Assembly: GCA_002269645.1 (NCBI GenBank)
Contig: NIVC01000586.1
Location: 210,490 to 274,489, forward strand
DNA from: Macrostomum lignano
Lineage: Eukaryota
Reading direction: 5' to 3'
DNA length: 64,000 nucleotides
In this document: piece by piece, positions 1-12,119 of the stretch
How positions within the stretch are numbered: the first letter of the stretch is position 1
How the letters are laid out: the number at the start of each line of letters is the position of its first letter
Translations under genes and position numbers: made by a program
The notes under the pieces: model-generated
What the model was told of the DNA's origin: nothing
Database searches by the model: none
What the model saw: only the letters and a program-made list of their open reading frames with translations

Positions 1-83
1 CTAATATCTTTTCTAATAAAAATGGTATATAAAGGCTACATTTCTAACATAATTTAAAGTTTTATCAAACATTTTAATGTAAT

Positions 84-869
84 GGCTCATTCCATATAAG
101 CATGGTCGTAACATGACAGGTTATTTTTACTTATAAAATGAAATCTAATAATAGAATATACTAAACCAATATTTTAAATGAAAGATTATTTTGTCTAGAA
201 TATATTTATAGAGTTTCATATAGATATCATCATTAGTATAGATGCTATTAAACCTTAAATGACACTTATGGTCGTAACGACAGGATTTTTGACATATAGA
301 AACTAAAAGGTAAAAGTCTTATAACATTTTTCATTTTTGATATTTTGCAATACATTTTTAAAATTTGACTAAGAACATCTTTAGAAATCATACTCTTTTA
401 TTAGAATATATAAACTCAAAAGGCAACAAAGATAAAAAAAAAAGGCAGCCTTATGGTTGTAACATTATGGTCGTAACATATTTTTTTCTGTCAATTCAGC
501 AACTTTGAGGTACTAATACATTAAAAATATAATAGATTATTTGGTCACCAATGCTTTTATCTGATGATGCAAGTACTATACTTTTATCTATAGTTTGTTT
601 CAACCTTCAAAAGCTTTCTATTTGTTTTTAAAAGGTACAAAATCTTAATGATGTCTTTTGCTTCGAAAAATGTCCAAATTTTTACAAAAATGACTTTTTG
701 CCAATTGATTACATACTAATCCAACATTTTACCATTCCTTTTTTCTTAGATTGTATATATTGCACAATATAAACATTTGGTAAAAAAAATAGGCTAATTA
801 GGCAATGGCAAGCAAAAATATTGACTTTTTTCTATTTTCCAAATATGTCCATCTTATATGGAATGAGCC
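84..869. mobile_element. Non-autonomous TIR element (MITE-like), about 790 bp
   Basis: 17-bp perfect inverted repeat GGCTCATTCCATATAAG (84-100) / CTTATATGGAATGAGCC (853-869). TAAT lies on both flanks (80-83, 870-873). Internal ATGGTCGTAAC repeats near 102, 268 and 467. Confidence 0.6.
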
Positions 870-1474
870 TAATAATGTATGTATGGCATTTAGTGAAAAT
901 AATAAAGAATGCATCAATCTAATATAGTTTGCTATTTTTAAAGCGATATCATTATAAGAAAACAAGTTATAAACTATGCATTTTGAACCAACCCATAGTT
1001 TTTTAATCTAACCCAATTCCAATTTTTTATCTTTAAAACTATTTTTTGTATACTCTATTAAAATAAATAGTATTAAATATTAATACTTAATAACAATAAT
1101 AACAATTATTAGTAATTATAATAATCAAAGCTTTCTAATGTTTAACTGCCAATAGCCAATTGATATATATATCAAATATATCAAATTAAACAGTCAACAT
1201 ATATATGTATAGCCTCTTACAAGACCTTGTTGCCAGATTGACTGTTGCTATTTTGACTGTTGCCAGATTGATTAGACACCATTTGTATAAACTCAAAAAG
1301 AAAAAATCAATAAATCATATTTAAAATTATAAAAAATTAATGTTTATAAAATAGGAAAATTTATATAACAAAGTTTTAAATATGTATTTTACCAATTGTT
1401 TTGCAAATATATTATAAATATATAAAGGATAAAAAAGAGCTATATAAAGCTGTATAAAAATATTATAATTTTAA

Positions 1475-2856
1475 TATAGCATTTCCCAGTCAATTTGGTC
1501 CTAGAATCACTTAATTTAATCCATAAAAGAGAAACCTAATTCATTCTGCCATCACTGAAGATATGTCTATGGCCAAATATGCTGTTTTGTTCCACTCAAT
1601 GTAATCCTGGAGGCACTAATTTTGCGTATATATTTTAAAAGCTCTTACTTTTACTCTTACTTACCATTGGCATGAGTCATTGGTGGAGATGGAACATTTA
1701 GGTTGACTTTGACTCTCAGAAGCGCCAGCTGCTGCTTGATTGTGGCTTTTAAACAGCTATGAGCAGATTCCACTATGTTAAAAAATGGCAAGTAGGGTGG
1801 AAGCACTACAACCTACCAATTGTGCTGGAACATTGCTGGAATTTTAACCCCATTGTAAAATCTGGCCCCATCCATTACAATGTAGAACTGCTACTAGTGA
1901 CGTACATCATGGTGAGCACTAACATTCGCATCTTTGCAAGATATCAATTGATGCAGTCCTGAAACTTTTGAGCAATCATTGTCTCAGCAATAATCTCATG
2001 GTGCAGTAGGTCAGGGTATGGGATATAGCTTGAAAAATGTTCACTTGGACACCACATTGTGTATGAACAACTTGGCACACTTGTTGACCCCGTCAGCTAT
2101 GGCCTTGACCACGTGGCGTCCACAGATTAAAACCTGTTTCATTGACTTAAATCAAATGGCAATCAGCTGGTAGACCTAGCAGCCATTTGTCATGCTCATG
2201 TCTCCTTGCAATGTTTTTGGGGCTGTTCCTGGCTGCTCGCATATCTGTGTCCCTTACCAAGCACTTCATTGTAAACAATTGCTTGTCAAGCTTCCAAGCA
2301 ATGGTACTTTTGCTAACTTCCATTCCATGAGATTGTTAAAGATCATGTTGCATTTGACTCAGCATTAAAAGTAGATTTTCTTCCAACATTTGCAACAGCC
2401 TGTTTTTGTGTATCTCTCCCAGTTATTCATATTGCAAGCCACCTCTGAGAAGAAAATCTTGGTGGCCAGTGGTTTCGTATCACCTTCTTATTGAGTATAC
2501 CATTTAAATTTTCATGTTTAGCCACTGAGAAATTGACAATAAAGTCTCTCCACACTTAAGAGCTTTCACAAGGAGACGGTACCTCTCATTGTTGACTTTT
2601 GCATATGGTCTGCACCCCTAATTTCCTTCTCTGTCAGCATTGACAAAGCTGGTGCTACTTTCCAAGTCATCATTCTTGCTTAATAATGGCTTTTAAAATA
2701 ATTATACAAAATTAGTGCCCCTAGGATTAAATTGAATAGAATGAAACAGCATATTTGGCCATAGACATATCTCTAGTGACAGCAGAATGAATTAGAATTC
2801 TGTCTGGCAGATTAAATTGAATGATTCTAGAACCAAATTGACTAGGAAATATTATA
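1475..2856 (-). mobile_element. Degenerate Tc1/IS630-type DNA transposon, about 1.4 kb
   Basis: Diverged inverted repeats of about 165 bp (1475-1640 vs 2693-2856) with TA at the ends. Minus-strand translation near 1700-1900 gives IVMDGARFY...VVVLPPYLPFFNIVESAHSCLK, the second D to E of a DDE_3 transposase, broken by TAG stops. Confidence 0.8.
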
Positions 2857-4368
2857 ATTTATATAAAAATTTGTGTCAATGCTAGAGTAAGTTAGAGCTA
2901 GGAGATTTCAAACTCACTGCTAGCATAGCTTGTACATTCATATAGTAGTGTATTTTGTCTAGTATACTTGGCGCACAATTGAAAATATTTTTCAGTAACT
3001 TCTAGTGTATACATTATATGATCTTGACTATAGATGCACAAGTATATGTGCATATGTGTATTCCCTCTAGGAAAAATTTTATGAGGCAATGCTAAGTTAG
3101 TAGTTAGCAATTACTAACTTTGCAGCAGCAGCTAACCAACAAGTAGGAAGTTTTGGTTTCATGTCTAAGCTGCTAAATAATAACTATTAGTTAATAGTAA
3201 GGTTGTGCCACCAAAACATCTATGTGATAAGAATGTAGGCTCTCTCAAGGCAAGTAGGAAAATACTAAATATTAAGCAGCTTTTTGTGGCTTTGAATTAA
3301 AATGGCCTCCATTAAACACAAGAAACTTTTCTGTCCCTAATGGGAGCTCACAAGTCAATGTTTGCAAGTTTTTCTGATGTTTCTAAGGCAAAGAGTAAGA
3401 AAAGAAAGGTGTGAGAGAAGATTAGATTTGCTATGGAGTCGAATGGACTGAGCAATTCAGTGTTTGCTCATGGGAAATCAGGTTTCTACTTCTTAGGGCA
3501 TTGTATTCCAACTGTAGGCCAATACAATCTACTAGAAAATTAAATGTTTCTGGGTTCATTTAGAAGTATTGATTAAAGTCATTACTAGCATTATAATTTA
3601 TGTGATCTTTGAACTCTCTTGGCCAACAATTTTCAACCAGGATATCAGCTTATTGAAGCTTGTCAAATAGTGGAATCTCCATTCTTAGCTGCCTCTTGAG
3701 GATACTAAACTTTACCAGTTAAACTTGTTGTCCTTTTAGGCTTTAGCTGAACTGCTAAGGTCATGAAACTGCAAACTAGTGCAAACTTTTGACCATAGAC
3801 ATTGCTCAGAAACCCCTTATCCAACTAATATGCTTATGAAGCCAAAAGTTAGTGTAGTAGACTGATAAAAATTAGAATGCAACTACTAGACTCAAGAAAC
3901 CAAAGGATGCCTGCAAACTATATATAATTAAAATGTTTTGAGGCAAACTGATCCCTAATTTCTTCCTAGACAATGGCTATAAAATCTGATGGTTACACTA
4001 TTATAATGCTAGAACTATTTTGTTTCCCTGAAAAATATAATTTAACAAAGAATTAATAATGGTTATACTTTAAATTTGTTTTGGAATTTCCAAAAAGTAC
4101 TATATTACTCGTAATATTTTACCAATTACAAAAGAACAATTAACTTTTTATTGCTCCAAGCATGCATAAAGGATAATATATAAATACTCATTTCTTTGTT
4201 TAAAAAATATTTGAGCTCCAAAAATAAGAAAAGCACTACTACTACTTCCAGCACTACTGCTCTCATTTCATTCGGTCTCGCTTGGCAAGAGCAGCTGTCT
4301 AACCAGTCTGTGAAGCAGAAAAAAACAAAAGTCCAGCTAGCATATTTTCAATTGTACTTTATTACACA

Positions 4369-7300
4369 ATGGCCTGCGACCTGCTAATGCCATCATCGCA
4401 AGGCGGAGCCAACAATCCAGCCTTCTCGCCGCTGACCCTGTTCGAGTGCACCATCACCAACGCACAGATGCTCATCGACTCCATGGCCGACCGGGACCTG
4501 ATGCAGGCCCTGAAGATCGCCGGCGGCCTCCACACCCACATTGTCGGCGTCATCGAGCCGCGCTACGATCGCGTCTGTCAGCGTAGCGACGAGCACGAAG
4601 CCTGCTGCCAGGCGGCTGCCGCGGCTGCAACATCAGCAACGCTGACTCCTTCCAAGTCAGCTGGCGCCGCCAACTCGGCCAGTTTCGGAGCCAATGGCAG
4701 CGGCGCCGATTTGAAATCTGCCGTAGCTGCCGCCGCCGCCGCGGCCGGCCTGAAGTCCGAGTCTACCGGCTCTGTGGCAGCTGGCGGCGTCAAGTCCGAG
4801 CTGCTGGACCCTGACGCGTTCCCCGAGGAAGACGAAGAGGACTGTCTGATCCTGGAGGAGGACTGCTCCTTCCCCGCCGCTGCTGCCGCAATGTCGCCGT
4901 CGGCCTCCAGCTCCGCCAGCCGAAAGCGCCACCGCCCGTTGTCGCCCTCGTCAAGTCTGCAGATGCCGGGCGGAGCCAGCGCGGGTTTTCCTGGCAGCGC
5001 CCAGCAACTGGCCGAGTGCAAAAATGCGCTCAGGATGGCCTATAAAAATATTAAAGGCAACGGGCCGCACCTGTTTGACTTTGCGCTGTCGTGAGTTGCT
5101 CTGCAATTCTTGCATCCCTTGTAGAGGGATTCGGTGGGGTATGCGCGGGTGAGGGATTCAGTGGGGTATGAGCGGGTGAGGGATTCAGTGGGGTATGAGC
5201 GGGTGAGGGATTCAGTGGGGTATGAGCGGGTGAGGGATTCAGTGGGGTATGAGCGGGTGAGGGATTCAGTGGGGTATGAGCGTGTGAGGGATTCAGTGGG
5301 GTATGAGCGTGTGAGGGATTCAGTGGGGTATGAGCGGGTGAGGGATTCAGTGGGGTATGAGCGTGTGAGGGATTCGGTGGGGTATGAGCGTGTGAGGGAT
5401 TCAGTGGGGTATGAGCAGCACAGTGAGGGATTCAGTGGGGTATGAGCGGGTGAGGGATTCAGTGGGGTATGAGCGGGTGAGGGATTCAGTGGGGTATGAG
5501 CGTGTGAGGGATTCAGTGGGGTATGAGCGTGTGAGGGATTCAGTGGGGTATGAGCGTGTGAGGGATTCAGTGGGGTATGAGCGTGTGAGGGATTCAGTGG
5601 GGTATGAGCGTGTGAGGGATTCAGTGGGGTATGAGCGTGTGAGGGATTCAGTGGGGTATGAGCGGGTGAGGGATTCAGTGGGGTATGAGCGTGTGAGGGA
5701 TTCAGTGGGGTATGAGCGTGTGAGGGATTCAGTGGGGTATGAGCGTGTGAGGGATTCAGTGGGGTATGAGCGGGTGAGGGATTCAGTGGGGTTGGGTATG
5801 AGCGGGTGAAGGATTCAGTGGCGTATAAGCGTGTGAGGGATTCAGTGGGGTATGAGCGTGTGAGGGATTCAGTGGGGTATGAGCGTGTGAGGGATTCAGT
5901 GGGGTATGAGTGTGTGAGGGATTCAGTGGGGTATGAGCGTGTGAGGGATTCAGTGGGGTATGAGCGTGTGAGGGATTCAGTGGGGTATGAGCGGGTGAAG
6001 GATTCAGTGGCGTATAAGCGGGTGAGGGATTCAGTGGGGTATGAGCGGGTGAGGGATTCGGTGGGGTATGAGCGGGTGAGGAATTCGGTGGGGTATGAGC
6101 GGCACAGTGAGGGATCCATTGGGGTCTGAGCAGCACAATGAGGGATTCAGTGGGATATGAGCAGCACAGTGAAGGATTCAGTGGGATATGAGCAGCACAG
6201 TGAGGGATTCAGTGGGGTATGAGCAGCACAATGAGGGATTCAGTGGGGTATGAGCAACACAGTGAGGGATTCAGGGGTCTGAGCAGCACAGTGAGGGATT
6301 CAGTGGGGTATGAGCAGCACAGTGAGGAATTCAGTGGGGTATGAGCAGCACAGTGAGGGATTCAGTGGGGTATGAGCAGCACAGTGAGGGATTCAGTGGG
6401 GTATAAGCAGCACAGTGAGGGATTCAGTGGGGTATGAGCAGCACAGTGAGGGATTCAGTGGGGTATGAGCAGCACAGTGAGGGATTCAGTGGGGTGGTGA
6501 GGCAGTGCAAGAACCCAACCAATCGCATTACATTTCATTACAATTTCACCAACCAATCGCAACGCCGCCGCAGCTTCCACGACCCGTCCAATCAGAGAGT
6601 ATCCGAGCAGATTATCGCTACGGCCCGCCAGCAGCTGAGCCACCTGCGCCTGCCTAACGATGTCTGGTGGAGTGAGTTGGTTATTTAATAATTTAAACAA
6701 ATGCATAAGTGACTACTCGCAACCAGTTAAAGTAATAGCATTAGCAAATGTATTAAGTGAATATTGATGTCGGCCCTCTCCTTGCATTTGGTGACTTCGC
6801 ACCGTGATCCAGTTTGATTGCCAGCTACAATAAGAGTTTTCATATCTTACCTGAGTATGGCTAGTAGCTAGTTTGTTTCCCATGGGACGGCAGCGCAACT
6901 GTCCCGTCATTAATTGATTCCGCCTCTATGAATTCATAATTAACTAATTATCTATGCTCTTCTTAACTGTTAGCAGTACAGTATGCATTTCAGTTTGTTG
7001 ATTTTGCTTCCCACTACCTGAGGTGCAGGTTTTATTGGTTATTTAAACCGACTGCAGGGTCGCGTGCTGATTATTGATACAAGCTGTGCAATTAGTTGTA
7101 CTTTTATTGCTGATCAGCTGCGTGCTGCCGTTCAACTGAAACTTTGTTTAGGCCAAGCCGGCAACCTGTGTAAGCGAATCAAAATCGAGCTGAACAATAA
7201 CAAGCGGCGCAATCGGCAGTTTCGCTGCAGGCAGAAGGTTGTTCTCCAACTGATTATTCTATTGGCTACCTAGCTAGCGAATCCCTACCAGCTGCAATGC

Positions 7301-10300
7301 TGAGCAGCCAGCCTCCCACATCCCCTAATGAGCCAGCCTCCCACATCCTTAATGAGCCAGTCTACCTCACCCCCTAATGAGCAGCCATCCTCCCACATCC
7401 CTAATGAACCAGTCTCCCTCACCCCCTAATAAGCAGCCAGCCTACCATATCCCCTAATGAGCCAGCCTCCCACATCCCTTAATGAGCAGCCAGCCTCCAA
7501 CACCCCATAATGAGCAGCCAGCCTCCCACACTCCCTAATGATCCAGCCTCCCACATCCCTTAATGAGCAGCCAGCCTCCCACACTCCATAATGAGCCAGC
7601 CTCCCACACCCCCTAATGAGCAGCCAGCCTCCCACACCCCCTAATGAGCAGCCAGCCTCCCACACCCCCTAATGAGCAGTCAGCCTCCCACACCCCCTAA
7701 TGAGCAGCTAGCCTCCCACACTCCATAATGAGCCAGCCTCCCACACCCCCTAATGAGCAGCCAGCCTCCCACATCCCTAATGAGCAGCCATTGAGTCTTG
7801 TCTTCTTAGCTTAGTTTATTGTGGCAGTGATAACAATCGGGAAAAGTTCTCAATGCCCTTATGAAGTGAAGCGGATCAAACTGCGGTGAAGCGGTGAAGT
7901 CTCGGGCAGTTGCTTGCTCAGCTCCGACAGTCATACCGCAGAGCCAATCAAATGCGTTTTTTAGAATCGCTCAACAGCAGCGGCGTGTTCGGTCAGGCGA
8001 GGCACAATTACTTAGCCAAATTTCGAATGCTTAAAATTAAACGGAAAAGCAACGTAGGTTTATTTGAGACTGTGTTCTCACTGAGCTGCGTGTGTCTGCA
8101 AACTCTGTTAGGTCATGGTTATAACTAGGGGGACAGGCAAATAAACTGACTTGCTGTGCCAGCGCTGTTAACCTGTAACCAAGTGTTAACCCGTAAACAG
8201 AGAAAGGCATGCCACTCGCCTTGCAGACAATAAAGCTGCTCGAGCATTTTATGCCGAGGAGAAAAATCGCGTGCTCACTCGAGTCCGAATGCGCCGCGTT
8301 GCCGGGCAGAAGTCTGTAAGGAGTCGCATCTGCCTTCCCTTCCCATCTTGTTTTTCTGAGTTGCAGTTTTGTCGCTTCTAATAGTTGCTTAATCAGCTGT
8401 TGCCACGGGCGTCTGGAGTTCCCGCTGGACTGGACTGGGGCGAGCATGGGGGGGGTAGTCAAATTGGGTATATATTCAAAAGGTGTTCATGACGACGCTC
8501 AAAGATCCCAGTGTCCAGTCCAGATAAGCTCCAGTGGTCCCTGGCCCATTCACCCATTGTTCATCCTGTTAATCGTTGTTATACGCTTTTATAAAAATTC
8601 GTAGCGATTCGGTGGCAAAGAGTTGGCCCATATCGACTAGAGTGCAGCTAGGCAGTATCTATGCAATAATAGCACACTGGATTGGACCGCTTACTGACCT
8701 TATTGCAGAGCACTGCTTCCCCAGCGTGTACGATGAGTTAACCAAATATGACAAGCATAGGGAGCGAATGAAGCACAGAATGCGAGCTCGCAGGCTTATG
8801 AACAGCGTACGTATTATAAATAGCTATAACTATTTGGCAGTGCAAGCCTGCTTGTTTCATAAATCACTGCCTAATCACGCATCAAACGCAAGGTCCGCGG
8901 CTAACACTTCCCATGGTTTCTTAGCGCAATCTTAATCCTCTTTGGGGTTGGGGATTTCTTTTTAAACTGTTTCAGGCCTGTCCAGTGCTGCGTTTGCTGA
9001 TCTGCAGCACAGCATATTGGAGAAGCGGCACTATACTAAGCATTCTGTGCGGAAATTCCGCAGCAAACTCAAGGTAAACACTGCCCTGGTCCGGATTGGG
9101 TCTTTGATATTAGCTTTTGCTTCTGCAGTCCAGTGTGTTCACCGTGTGTTCCGTGTTTGTTCTGGGCTATTAAAAGAGCAAGCTTTAATAGCCAAGATCT
9201 GGTCTGACAGTCGAATCCCACTGTCAAGTCCCAATCCCATAGTCAGAAGTCCCAATCCCGCAGTCAGAAGTCCCAATCCCATAGTCAGAAGTCCCAATCC
9301 CACAGTCAAAAGTCCCAATCTCACAGTGGGAAGTCACAATCTCACAGTCAGAAGTCACAATCTCACAGTCGTAAGTCACAATCCCACAGTCAAAAGTGAC
9401 AATCCCACTGTCAGAAGTCTCAATCTCGCAGTCAGAAATCCCAATCCCGCACTCAGAAGTCCCAATCCCACAGTCAAAAGTCCCAATCTCACAGTGGGAA
9501 GTCACAATCTCACAGTCAGAAGTCACAATCCCACAGTCGTAAGTCACAATCCCACAGTCAAAAGTAACAATCCCACTGTCAGAAGTCTCAATCTCGCAGT
9601 CAGAAATCCCAATCCCGCACTCAGAAGTCCCAATCCCACAGTCAGAAGTCACAATCTCACAGTCGTAAGTCACAATCCCACAGTCAGAAGTCCCAATCTC
9701 ACAGTGGGAAGTCCCAATCCCACAGTCAGAAGTCCCAATCTCACAGTCAGAAGTCCTAATCCCGCAGTTAGAAGTCCCAATCCCACATTCAAATCCCAAG
9801 CCCATAGTCAGAAGTCACAATCACACAGTCAGAAGTCACAATCACACAGTAGGAAATCACAATCCCGCAGTCAGAAGTCCCAATCACACAGTCGGAAATC
9901 ACAATCCCGCAGTCAAAAGTCCTAGCCCTGCTAATTTCAAATTAATCTCTACTGACTAATCCCTATTAAATTTATTCTGATAAATTGATAGGTTGCATGC
10001 CTGTTGGAGGTGCATAGCAACCCGGTAACGATGGTAACAAATTTCACGCAGCATCAAAAGCAAGGCCCGGCCGCCCCAGTTTAGCCAGCTCCGTTAGAGA
10101 TTGAATCCAGTGTTTCAGGACCGCCCGGCAGTAACACCTGCGCCGTGCGCTGCATTGCAGGCTGCGCTGAGGAATTGTGGCTGCTATTGAAGAAAGCTGT
10201 GGCGCACAAGCGCGAAAGAGACGTCTTCTATCAGCGCAAGGGGCGCCTGAAAAATAAAGTAAAACCATGCAGTCTATGCTCATTTGCTTACTTTTTCCAC

Positions 10301-11114
10301 CGGGTTTTATCCTTTGTTGTGAATTAACCAATTGGGTCGGTAAGACGCATATAGGCTTTTAGGAAGTAAGTGCTAATCAGGGACTTTTCTGCTCTCATTT
10401 ATACGACTGACATGATGCCTCATCTTTAAAATTGATTGGGCTGCGTGATATTACACCTCGCTGCCTCCCGATTTCCATCTCCCATTTCCAACCTCCATCT
10501 CCCCCTCCCAGCCTCCCTCTCTACCCCCTCCCAGCCTCTCTCTCTACCCCCTCCCAACCTCCCTCTATCTCCCGCTCCCAACCTCCATCTCTACCCCCCT
10601 CCGAACCTCCCTCTCCATCTCCTCTTTTCAATCTACCTTCATCTCCCCCTCCCGACCTCCCTCTCCATCTCCCTCTCCCGACCTACCTCTCCGTGTCCCA
10701 CACGCCACATACAGCTCCTGTTTTCTGACCCATCAGAAACTGGCCAGACGGCAGAAGAGCTTCGAACTGCTAGCAACCAGTTTATCCACCGACAAGTTCG
10801 ACAAGTACCGCATCATTTTGTCCCGGGACTACACTTCGTCTGACGAGGAAGCCGATGTTGGCAGCGGCGGTGCCAGCGCGAGCGGCGATGACGGAGGAGG
10901 CGGCGGAGGCGTCCTTCGAGTCCGCGAGCTGCCCTGGGAATCTGCGGAGCTGCGCGAGATGAAGCAGCAGCTGGACTCGATCTATCTGGAGAATTGCGCA
11001 ACTCAGAAGCAGGCGCAGCAGTTGCGCAGCACAGTGCGCGACTCCGGCTGCGTCAGCGGCAGGACTCCACCTGCCAACTGCCCGTCCTGGGCGCTGTCTA
11101 ATGAGTACCGCTAA
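4369..11114 (+). CDS. Paralog 1 of an uncharacterised gene with a mutually exclusive exon cluster; 427-431 aa per isoform
   Basis: Exon 1 is 4369-5090 (donor GTGAGT, phase 2). Exon 2 is 6574-6671 (98 nt, CAG acceptor, GTGAGT donor, phase 1). One of six cassettes follows (7152-10258). The last exon is 10737-11114 (phase 0, KLARRQKSFELLATSL...SRDYTSSDEE...WESAELREMKQQLD...PSWAL). Flanking splice positions match paralog 2 and the joined frame is open. Confidence 0.85.
5120..6497. repeat. 27-bp minisatellite (GAGCGGGTGAGGGATTCAGTGGGGTAT) in intron 1 of paralog 1
   Basis: About 50 near-identical tandem units; explains the YERVRDSVG-type ORFs. Confidence 0.95.
6884..6906 (+). promoter_or_regulatory. 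Candidate splicing docking site for the paralog 1 cassette cluster
   Basis: GGGACGGCAGCGCAACTGTCCCG lies 212 nt after the exon-2 donor, a similar distance to the paralog 2 dock. It is complementary to 7122-7133 (12 bp) and 7903-7913 (11 bp with a bulge); other matches are short. Confidence 0.4.
7152..7237 (+). CDS. Paralog 1 cassette exon 1 (86 nt): (S)QAGNLCKRIKIELNNNKRRNRQFRCRQK
   Basis: TTTAG acceptor, weak GTTGTT donor, phase 1 to 0, open frame, basic. Confidence 0.6.
7305..7790. repeat. Minisatellite, about 25-30 bp (TAATGAGCAGCCAGCCTCCCACACCCCC)
   Basis: Tandem degenerate units between cassettes 1 and 2. Confidence 0.9.
7965..8053 (+). CDS. Paralog 1 cassette exon 2 (89 nt): (K)SLNSSGVFGQARHNYLAKFRMLKIKRKSN
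   Basis: TTTTTAG acceptor, GTAGGT donor, phase 1 to 0. Confidence 0.75.
8227..8315 (+). CDS. Paralog 1 cassette exon 3 (89 nt): (N)NKAARAFYAEEKNRVLTRVRMRRVAGQKS
   Basis: TTGCAG acceptor, GTAAGG donor, phase 1 to 0. Confidence 0.75.
8709..8806 (+). CDS. Paralog 1 cassette exon 4 (98 nt): (K)HCFPSVYDELTKYDKHRERMKHRMRARRLMNS
   Basis: TTGCAG acceptor, GTACGT donor, phase 1 to 0. Confidence 0.75.
8976..9073 (+). CDS. Paralog 1 cassette exon 5 (98 nt): (S)LSSAAFADLQHSILEKRHYTKHSVRKFRSKLK
   Basis: TTTCAG acceptor, GTAAAC donor, phase 1 to 0. Confidence 0.75.
9215..9925. repeat. 21-bp minisatellite (AGTCCCAATCCCACAGTCAGA)
   Basis: About 33 tandem units between cassettes 5 and 6; explains the SPNPTVR ORF. 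Confidence 0.92.
10161..10258 (+). CDS. Paralog 1 cassette exon 6 (98 nt): (S)CAEELWLLLKKAVAHKRERDVFYQRKGRLKNK
   Basis: TTGCAG acceptor, GTAAAA donor, phase 1 to 0. Confidence 0.75.
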
Positions 11115-11259
11115 TGCTTGCCAGACTGATTAGGTGGCGAGCTGGTTGATTCGCGAACTATAGGGTTACTCGCGCCGTTTACCCAACTAACTGACGAATT
11201 TAGGGCCAACCATTCTTTACTGCAATTGTTTCTGACACCCAGTTTTGTTCGTGTTCTCT

Positions 11260-11532
11260 TCCATCCATGGGATACCCGCCACACCTGGTCTCTCCCATCC
11301 ATGGGATACCGCCACACCTGGTCTCCCCCATCCATGGGATACCGCCACACCTGGTTTCCCCCAGCCATGGGGTACCCGGCACACCTGGTCTCTCCCATCC
11401 ATGGGGTACCCGCCACACCTGGTTTCCCCCAGCCATGGGGTACCCGGCACACCTGGTCTCTCCCATCCATGGGGTACCCGGCACACCTGGTCTCTCACAT
11501 CCATGGGGAACCCGGCACACCTGGTCTCTCAC
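11260..11532. repeat. About 33-bp minisatellite (CACACCTGGTCTCTCCCATCCATGGGGTACCCG)
   Basis: About 8 tandem units downstream of the paralog 1 stop. Confidence 0.9.
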
Positions 11533-12119
11533 ATCGAGTTCGTCATGCTGTCAATGTTGACTTTTCGAATCAAAATTTGAATAGCTCTCCAATGCTGGCA
11601 CAGAGGCTCCATGCGATTTCAATACCTGGGGAAAAGTATTTGCTGCATTTAAGCTTCAATATTTGCACTGCGAGTAGTTGCGCAATGCGTCTCTTATCTA
11701 TAATATTTTACTTGTTGCTGCTATCCCAGTCAGTAAATATTATTGCAATTAGCGAACTTTCATAAACCCCACATTGTCACATGTCTCTGTTCACTTGTTA
11801 ATCTGTAATAAGTTTGCCTGTATTCTGTTTTCATGTGTTTATTATTTTTTGCTGTTGTTTAACTGCCCCCAGTCATTTCCGCAGCTTTGCTTTTGCGTTA
11901 ACACACTGTCTCGTTCTGTACATGCTATAAAATACGATAATTACATAACAATATGATAATAATTAATTTATTTGCTAAAGAATTTTTCATTCTTTTTCAG
12001 TTGTTGCCGATTAATTATCGGAAAATGCAGTTGTATTACTGTTCTGAAGCTTTGCTCATGTAGTGAAATAGACCAGGCTTTATTATTATAGCATAGTGTA
12101 ATTCATAGTGCATGTTTAG

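Noticed and set aside
2870-4200. AT-rich, CpG-poor stretch with hints of decayed coding sequence
   Set aside because: No motif I could assign; probably old transposon debris.
4369-5094. 241-aa ORF as a complete single-exon gene
   Set aside because: Its TGA lies inside a GTGAGT donor conserved at the same codon position in the paralog (13875), so the gene continues by splicing.
5040-6136. Long ORFs on both strands (e.g. 359 aa RSYPTESLT repeats)
   Set aside because: Translations of a 27-bp intronic minisatellite; the same applies to the ORFs at 9017-9925, 15503-16123, 28751-29797, 30779-31888, 34524-35227 and 36707-37675.
6434-6573. VRQCKNPTNRITFHY as an extension of exon 2
   Set aside because: The acceptor at 6573 matches the paralog position and gives the same 98-nt exon; the upstream frame has no paralog counterpart.
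9129-9215. Possible seventh cassette in paralog 1 (QCVHRVFRV...)
   Set aside because: No phase-0 GT donor before the minisatellite and little compositional similarity.
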